Assembly: GCA_963799845.1 (NCBI GenBank)
Contig: CAWCYI010000006.1
Location: forward strand, 704,001 to 768,000
DNA from: an uncultured Nitrososphaerota archaeon
GTDB taxonomy: Archaea > Thermoproteota > Nitrososphaeria > Nitrososphaerales > CADDZS01
Length of the DNA: 64,000 nt
Direction: 5' to 3'
Shown: positions 57,735 through 64,000 of the stretch, in pieces
How the letters are laid out: every line of letters begins with the position of its first letter
How positions within the stretch are numbered: the stretch's first letter is position 1
Program-made: the position numbers and the translations under genes
Notes under the pieces: model-generated
Databases searched by the model: none
Seen by the model: the letters and a program-made list of their open reading frames with translations, nothing else
Told to the model about the DNA's origin: nothing

Positions 57735-59368
57735 GAGACTGTGTGAGAACTATTTAAAGGCAAATACTTTGGCCGACAGGCCTATCTACGAGTACGCCCT
57801 AATGCATGAACGTGAGTAATAGCGGTCACGTGGAGGGTAGTGAGCGAAGGCAGAGGATACTCCTTCCAGACATGTTGGACGAATACGTAGACGAAGACAA
57901 TCCAGTCAGGTTCATTGATGCATTTGTAGACAAGCTCAGCCTGAAGAAGCTCGGATTCAAGCATTCCGTCCCAAGCGAGACTGGAAGACCGTCGTACGAC
58001 CCCGCAGATCTTCTCAAGCTATACATCTATGGATACCTGAACCAGATTCGTTCCAGCAGAAAGCTCGAGCGAGAGTGCAGGAGAAATCTTGAACTCGTCT
58101 GGCTCATGAAGAAACTCACTCCGGACTTCAAGACCATATCCGATTTTCGGAAGAACAACGTAGACTCGATCAAGCCAGTCTTCAAGGAATTCGTCTTTCT
58201 TTGCAAGAGCCTTGATCTCTTCGGGCTTGAGCTCGTCGGCATCGACGGGAGTAAGTTCAAAGCTGTCAACTCCAAAGACAAGAGCTACTTTAACGAAAGA
58301 AAACTCGAGAACAGCTTGAAACTCACGAACGAAAAGATAGAACGCTACCTGAAGGAGCTCGAGGAGAATGACAAAAATGACGTTGATGATGATAACGACA
58401 AAGAGCAGGAGACTAGGGAGCTCAAAGAGAAGATTGACAAGCTTGAGGAGAAGCGGAACGAATACATTCGAATACAGAATGAGATGAAGGAGAGCGGAAA
58501 GAAAGAGATGACGCTCAACGACCCGGAGAGCAGACTGATGAAGGCTGGCAGGGGGCTCGACGTGTGCTACAACGTAGAATCTGCCGTCGATTCAAAGTAC
58601 CACATGGTTTGTGAGTATTATATCACGAATCATCCTAGTGACAAGAACGAACTTGCAAATGTTGCAATAGGAGCTATGAAGACACTGGGCGTCGGAAAGC
58701 TTGATGCAACCGCAGATAGCGGATTCTTCGACGCGGAGCATATCAGAGAATGCATCCAAAATGGGATAACTCCGTACGTCACCGAGCAGAAGTCCATCGG
58801 GAGTGCGAAGAGGAGAGGCATACCAACGCCGGAATTTTACAAGAGCGAGTTCTTCTACGACAAAGAAGCAGATGCGTACACTTGTCCCGCGGGAGAGAAT
58901 CTTTGGTCCATGTACGTAATGGACAAGGGGAAGGGTAAGCGAATGAGGGTCTACGGGACAACGGCGTGCTCCAACTGCCCATTCTTCCTTACAAAATGTA
59001 CAGCCGACAGAACTGGCAGGAAGATATACAGAGGACTTCACGAAGAGCTAATCGAAGAGATGAGGCAAAGAATCAAGGACGACCCTTCCAAAACAAAATT
59101 TAGGAAGGAGCTCTGCGAGCATCCGTTTGGTACGATGAAGAGGGCGTTCAACCAGGGCTACCTTCTTCTCAAAGGATTAAGGAAGGTTGGCGGTGAAGTC
59201 GGATTCACCATGCTTGCATATAACATGAGGAGAGCAATCAATGTACTCGGAACAAAGGCATTGATAGGATCGCTCGGACTGTAGTCGAGATCCACTAGCC
59301 CTCTTTATGAAGTAACATCGAATAGATCTCATCGTGGGAGCGGATCAAATGAGTTTTAACACAGTCTC
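57735..59368 (+). mobile_element. IS1182-family insertion sequence
   Basis: TIRs GAGACTGTGTGAGAACT (57735-57751) and AGTTTTAACACAGTCTC (59352-59368), 15/17 match. Flanks are inverted repeats. Confidence 0.9.
57806..59284 (+). CDS. IS1182-family DDE transposase
   Basis: NPVRFIDAFVD, GRPSYDP..LLKLYIYGY...SSRKLE, IDGSK, ADSGF, EHPFGTMK. Confidence 0.93.
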   Translation: MNVSNSGHVEGSERRQRILLPDMLDEYVDEDNPVRFIDAFVDKLSLKKLGFKHSVPSETGRPSYDPADLLKLYIYGYLNQIRSSRKLERECRRNLELVWLMKKLTPDFKTISDFRKNNVDSIKPVFKEFVFLCKSLDLFGLELVGIDGSKFKAVNSKDKSYFNERKLENSLKLTNEKIERYLKELEENDKNDVDDDNDKEQETRELKEKIDKLEEKRNEYIRIQNEMKESGKKEMTLNDPESRLMKAGRGLDVCYNVESAVDSKYHMVCEYYITNHPSDKNELANVAIGAMKTLGVGKLDATADSGFFDAEHIRECIQNGITPYVTEQKSIGSAKRRGIPTPEFYKSEFFYDKEADAYTCPAGENLWSMYVMDKGKGKRMRVYGTTACSNCPFFLTKCTADRTGRKIYRGLHEELIEEMRQRIKDDPSKTKFRKELCEHPFGTMKRAFNQGYLLLKGLRKVGGEVGFTMLAYNMRRAINVLGTKALIGSLGL

Positions 59369-59886
59369 TTCATTCGTAGGAGGACGTCACATGAAAACCA
59401 GAACTGATAGATGCTGCAAAACTAGATCCACGGGCAGCATAAGTAATCCAACTGTTGATTCGGGATAATTGACTGTCTAGTTTTTGGACGACTTGCTTGC
59501 TCTAAATTTGTTCTTGAATGCATTTTATTAGGTCAAAAACAGCAGAGCGGACCATATTCTAAGATTGTAGCTCGATTCCAATATAGCGTTCCTTTTTTTG
59601 GCACTTCTTTGATGCCATCTACAAAGAGAGGATTGAAGTTGGGTCGTGGGGAAAAAGGCTGGATGCCTTCCATACAATCATAGTGAGTCGCCGTGGCTGG
59701 ACGCAAGCTCGAGGAAAGTTAGCTTGTCGGCCTAAGCGAATAATCTATTCAAGAAAGACTCATTTGGTTGTTTTTTCGCTCAAGGTAAGAAGAAATCCAC
59801 ATTGGCCTAGTTTACAATCTGACATAATTGAACGACTTGTTTTCATTCAAGGATGCAGTTACTCCTACTTGATAGAAAGGTATAGA

Positions 59887-60663
59887 ATGAAAATGAATAG
59901 AACTCTTTTGATTCCGATTTCCGTAACTGTTGTCATAGCACTTATGCTAGGTGGGATGACTATATTGAGCTCAGCGTCAACAACCGCTGCAAATCTGATG
60001 CCGGTGAATCTTGGAACAGCCGGTAATTTCGTAATTTTAGCGAAATCAGGAATCTCAACTACTGGAACTACCAAAATTACAGGTAACATTGGTGTGAGCC
60101 CAATTGCTGCCACCGCCATAACTGGGTTCGCCTTGAAATTGGATTCGTCGGGTACGTTTGCGACTTCATCGCTGGTAGTTGGAAAAGTATACGCGGCCAA
60201 CTATGCGCCTCCTACTCCGGCTATGATGACGACTGCCATTAATAATATGCAGACAGCTTACACCAATGCCGCTGGACGAGTTAATCCAAAGTCTACTAAT
60301 TTATACGCGGGAGATATTAGCGGGAGAACTCTCACTCCTGGCCTCTACAAATGGACAACCGGGGTTATAATAAACACTGGAGTTACTCTCGCCTGCAGTG
60401 GCAGTGCAAACGCTGTCTTCATCTTCCAGATAGCAGGAACTCTAACCGTGGGCAGCGGTGCTATCGTTACTCTTAGTGGTGGTTGCAAAGCTACCAACAT
60501 TTTCTGGCAGGTCGCAATGAAAACAATTCTTGGAACAACCTCGAACTTTAAGGGGATAATCTTGGATGAAACTGCGATTGTCGTGCAGACCGGGGCAACT
60601 CTGACAGGTAGAGCACTAGCGCAGACCGCAGTTACATTAGACGCCAACACTGTTGGGCCATAG
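59887..60663 (+). CDS. DUF3494 ice-binding-like protein with signal peptide
   Basis: VNLGTAGNFVILAKSGIS, GNIGVSP, AYTNAAGR, TLTPGLYKW, FIFQI, NIFWQV, GRALAQTAVTLD. Confidence 0.93.
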   Translation: MKMNRTLLIPISVTVVIALMLGGMTILSSASTTAANLMPVNLGTAGNFVILAKSGISTTGTTKITGNIGVSPIAATAITGFALKLDSSGTFATSSLVVGKVYAANYAPPTPAMMTTAINNMQTAYTNAAGRVNPKSTNLYAGDISGRTLTPGLYKWTTGVIINTGVTLACSGSANAVFIFQIAGTLTVGSGAIVTLSGGCKATNIFWQVAMKTILGTTSNFKGIILDETAIVVQTGATLTGRALAQTAVTLDANTVGP

Positions 60664-60822
60664 ACCAGTCCCATTGCGCAGTACGATTGGCTAGGTTTTG
60701 ATCTACCCTTAGATACGTTTGAAAATCAGAAATATTATCGAACATAAGTACAGCAGTATGTCGATCATATTTGTCGGTTCTGATCACGTATTCACGAGAC
60801 GTATCCGTAGGTGGTAAAGAAG

Positions 60823-60924
60823 TGGGGTTGTCAGGATTCGGACCTGAGACCTCCAATGGGTTAGCCTTTGTTATTTGGCTATCCGCCCAAGGGTGGAATG
60901 CTAACCAAGCTACACCACAACCCC
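60823..60924 (-). tRNA. tRNA-Pro(TGG) with 27-nt intron at non-canonical position 40/41 (60856-60882)
   Basis: Acceptor GGGGTTG/CAACCCC, D arm, anticodon stem CCACC/GG|TGG with loop CT-TGG-GC, T arm TCAGG-TCCGAAT-CCTGA. Mature length 75 nt. Confidence 0.9.
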
Positions 60925-61018
60925 AATTGTGGATATTTCCTTTCAAGCGATGGAAAAAGGGAATATTAGTCTTGTCAGAGGTCCGAATTTCTTTCTGAGA
61001 AATCTTCCGAGTATCAAA

Positions 61019-61789
61019 TCAGAGTTCTGTCTTTAATCCATCTTCGGCGACTATGACATTCGCAAATTCTGACAATGCTTCTTTCATCATCAGGCTGGGA
61101 GTTTCACGATCATCGTTAACATGAGTCAGGACTAGGTTCTTCGCATCTGCCGACCTTGCTGATTGGGCAGCTTCCAGCGCGGTAGAGTGTTTCGGCGGTC
61201 TAGCTCGCTCAACGTCCTTTTGAAGAAAAGTCGCTTCGTGAATGAAAACGTCGGCCTCTCTTCCCAGAGCCTTCAAGGGCAGACAGGGCATGGTGTCGCC
61301 CGTGTACGACAAGATCTTCTGATCGGGACAGGTTAACCTGTAGCCCAAGCAGGGAATCGTGTGATCCATCTCGAAAGTGTCTGCCGAATAACCGGCAAAA
61401 CTGATTGTCTGATTCGGTACAAGCTCGACAAGTTCGATCTGAAATTCCCGCTTCGAAGCGACCTTTGTTATCCTCTGGACCATCCCGAAATATTCTGCTA
61501 GTCCGGCAGGCCCATAAACTCTGAGATTCGTCTTCCTTTTCCTTATTCCCATCGTTTCAATTATCTGCGTAATCCCTGTAACGTGGTCGGAGTGATAATG
61601 GGAGACCAGAATGTCGGAAATTGAATTAACGTCCGCGCCAAACTTCAGCAGGTTTCTTATCGCTCCGTCGCCGCAGTCGAGCAACACGAGTTCCTTAGTC
61701 TGGCTTTCAGAGAGACCAATGCACGCAAAGCCCCTCTCACGGCTCGGGACTGCCGATGATGTCCCGTAGAAGGTAACAGACGAGACCAA
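61019..61789 (-). CDS. rnz: ribonuclease Z-like MBL-fold hydrolase
   Basis: GTSSAVPS, DCGDG, SHYHSDH, YTGDT, HEATF, HST, LTH. Confidence 0.8.
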   Translation of the reverse strand: MVSSVTFYGTSSAVPSRERGFACIGLSESQTKELVLLDCGDGAIRNLLKFGADVNSISDILVSHYHSDHVTGITQIIETMGIRKRKTNLRVYGPAGLAEYFGMVQRITKVASKREFQIELVELVPNQTISFAGYSADTFEMDHTIPCLGYRLTCPDQKILSYTGDTMPCLPLKALGREADVFIHEATFLQKDVERARPPKHSTALEAAQSARSADAKNLVLTHVNDDRETPSLMMKEALSEFANVIVAEDGLKTEL

Positions 61790-61843
61790 AGTTTTCCGGG
61801 ATCACATTCGAAATTAGCACGTAAAAAAGGAACTGCCGGGAAT

Positions 61844-62257
61844 CTACTTTTTCGGTTTCTCTTTGCTCCGATTTTCAATCAGCCCGTCGTTGGTCAGGGA
61901 ATATTTGTTCGCCTTCGCCCAGAGCCGGATGAGATCTATCGAAAGTAACGCATCTTCGCCAATAAGCACGCGATCCTGCTTTTGGAGCTCCTCGTCAAAT
62001 CTCGCCTCCATGAAGGTCGTGCCGTTGATCTCCTCGGTTGTTATCGGGCGGTTCAACGTTTTTGAAAACATAGCAAAATCGATCATTTTCTTGGATTTGC
62101 TGACCAAGATTTTCAGCGAAATTATGTCTCCCGCCTCAATGCTGATTTCGTTTTCAGTCACAGGAACGACGATCAGGGAGCTGCCGAGCAGCCTTCTTCG
62201 TAAGTAGTCGAAGAGGCCGACGCTGTTGGGATCGATAACCTCATCGGGGCTCGCCAA
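61844..62257 (-). CDS. hypothetical protein
   Basis: 137-aa ORF co-oriented between pduO and rnz. Confidence 0.6.
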   Translation of the reverse strand: MASPDEVIDPNSVGLFDYLRRRLLGSSLIVVPVTENEISIEAGDIISLKILVSKSKKMIDFAMFSKTLNRPITTEEINGTTFMEARFDEELQKQDRVLIGEDALLSIDLIRLWAKANKYSLTNDGLIENRSKEKPKK

Positions 62258-62391
62258 AGGAAAACATACTCCCCAACAAAACTGACGCCAGATAGCAACT
62301 TTGACTGCGTTATAATAGTGTCTGAGAGCGGTTTTCGAAAATTGTGAACGGCGGAGGTGCTTGTTACAGCAGTAGAGTTTAGTAAGATACC

Positions 62392-63075
62392 CTAGTTCTT
62401 CCCGTTCATGGAAGCGATTTTGGCGGGAAGGCTCTGCTTCTCTTCAGGAGAATGATTGTGATTTTCCTGTTTTGTTTCCGGCTTTGTCTGGGCCTGAAGG
62501 ACAGTAACAGGGGCAAAGTCCTTTTTCCACAAAGTATCTGGAACGCCCTGCGCCTTGTTTGCAAACCTCGCCAGGGTGAAAAGAAAATCGGAGAGCCTGT
62601 TTGTGTACGCCAGAATATTAGCATCAACTGGTTCTTCGGCGGACAAAGCGACTATGCTTCTCTCGGCACGTCTCGCAACCGTTCTTGCGAGGTGCAACCT
62701 GGCTGCAAGATCCGTCCCGTACGGAAGAATGAACGCCTTTATCGGCTGGACGTGCTCGTCCATGTGATCGATGCATTTCTCTAGATATTCGAGATCGGAA
62801 TCCTTTATCGAATAATTCTGGTCTTCGGTACCAGCGAGCGTCGCGCCCAGGGAAAAGAGCTTGTTTTGGACCGTCTCCAAGACTTGGTCGATGTAACTCA
62901 AAATCTCTCTGGAGCCAGATGATCCTTCGACTATGTACGACCTGGCGATCCCTATCGCTGCATTTGTCTCATCGATATCTCCGTAAGCACGGACTCGAAC
63001 ATTATCCTTCCGTACTCTCTTGCCTCCATAGAGGCCTGTTTCACCCTTGTCTCCAGTTTTTGTGTAGATTTTCAA
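62392..63075 (-). CDS. pduO: PduO-type cob(I)alamin adenosyltransferase
   Basis: KIYTKTGDKGET, AYGDIDE, FILP.G, ARTVARRAER, NRLSDFLF. Confidence 0.92.
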   Translation of the reverse strand: MKIYTKTGDKGETGLYGGKRVRKDNVRVRAYGDIDETNAAIGIARSYIVEGSSGSREILSYIDQVLETVQNKLFSLGATLAGTEDQNYSIKDSDLEYLEKCIDHMDEHVQPIKAFILPYGTDLAARLHLARTVARRAERSIVALSAEEPVDANILAYTNRLSDFLFTLARFANKAQGVPDTLWKKDFAPVTVLQAQTKPETKQENHNHSPEEKQSLPAKIASMNGKN

Positions 63076-63365
63076 TACATTATCAGTTCTTTCTTGGAAA
63101 GACAAACGACCTGTCATTCGAAGATGCATATTGGCTTTGTGTAGCGCGAATCAATAGACGATGGAACTTTTTCTGTAAAAACATCTTCTGGTGGAGTCAT
63201 CTGCGCTTTTTTGGTAAGATCGATTCGAATTTTACCAGTATCTAAATTTTTTTCAGTATACGGAGTAAGAGCTTTCATCTGAAAATAAATAGCTCGGGAA
63301 TATCACGGATGTTGTGAGGTTCAATTTTGAGCAGTGAGAGCTGGGGGTTAGACTCCCAGAATCGT

Positions 63366-64000
63366 CTGAAGATAAAGAGAGCTTTGCTTTCCGTCTACGA
63401 CAAGACCGGGCTGGCAGAGTTCGGAACCGCCCTGAAAAATCACGGCGTCGAGATCGTTGCAACCGGGGGTACGCAGGCATCCCTTGAAAAGTCTGGTATC
63501 AAGACCGTTCCGCTGGAAAAAATCGGGCACTTTCCCGAAATGCTCGACGGCAGAGTAAAAACTCTCCAACCCGAGATTTTTGCGGGCATCCTTGCGAGAA
63601 AATCCAGTTCCGACCACATGAAACATATCTCATCTCACGGGATCTCTCCGCTTGACATGGTCGTTTGCAACTTCTACGCCTTCGAGTCTGCGGCGGAGAA
63701 GGCAAATTCCACCGAGCAGGAGCTGATCGAGTTGATCGATATCGGCGGTCCGTCTCTTGTCAGGGCATCGGCGAAGAACTTCGAATCGGTCTGCGTTGTG
63801 CCCTCGGCCAAATACTACGGGGAGATTCAATCCGAGCTCGATTCCTCCAGCGGATCAATCTCCTACGAGACTAGACGAAAGATGGCGCTCGCTTCTTTTG
63901 AGATTGTCTCGGCTTACGACTGCGCAATTTACACTACTTTGAGCAAGCGGATGTATCCCCAAAAGTCGTTCTCCGACTCTTTCTTCGTCTCTGCGAGAGG
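63366..64000 (+). CDS. purH: bifunctional IMP cyclohydrolase / AICAR transformylase (3' end outside window)
   Basis: Manual translation LKIKRALLSVYDKTG...ATGGT...FPEMLDGRVKTL...NFY.F...IDIGGPSLVRASAKN. Probable CTG start. Confidence 0.92.
   Translation, partial: MKIKRALLSVYDKTGLAEFGTALKNHGVEIVATGGTQASLEKSGIKTVPLEKIGHFPEMLDGRVKTLQPEIFAGILARKSSSDHMKHISSHGISPLDMVVCNFYAFESAAEKANSTEQELIELIDIGGPSLVRASAKNFESVCVVPSAKYYGEIQSELDSSSGSISYETRRKMALASFEIVSAYDCAIYTTLSKRMYPQKSFSDSFFVSAR

Noticed and set aside
60823-60850. Duplicate of the tRNA-Pro 3' end marking an integrated island
   Set aside because: By eye only chance matches of about 9-10 bp were found (e.g. ~16862, ~30993). No att-like copy in the window.

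Overview
Archaeal chromosomal window. It is most consistent with a heterotrophic, non-ammonia-oxidising Nitrososphaerota/TACK lineage: intron-containing tRNA, class III signal peptides on solute-binding proteins, F420-type LLM enzymes, KaiC/GvpD-like ATPase with small DUF3227/NitrOD5-like partners. This taxonomy is inferred. Contents from left to right: an MFS exporter; a short decayed orphan-ORF island; two Dpp/Opp ABC operons with peptidases and a DUF917 gene; an integrase/ADH chimeric remnant; small regulators; an IS200/IS605 element (tnpA-tnpB) interrupted by an ISH3-type IS; a ~20 kb catabolic island with LsrK/LsrF (AI-2/DPD catabolism) homologues, a VOC protein, an acetoin/2-oxoacid dehydrogenase E1a/E1b/E2 set and many redox/epimerase genes; SPFH and KaiC-like signalling genes; a TnpB remnant interrupted by IS1182; a DUF3494 ice-binding protein; tRNA-Pro(TGG) with a non-canonical intron; then rnz-like, pduO and purH. 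Most notable: (1) a dispersed intergenic element made of helically phased AGCT sites, with frameshifts across the window clustering at AGCT, suggesting AGCT methylation and a possible epigenetic element; (2) an archaeal lsrK-lsrF locus with a VOC gene where LsrG would be expected; (3) two independent DDE ISs inserted into the terminal hairpins of IS200/IS605 elements. All product calls come from motif recognition; no database searches were run.
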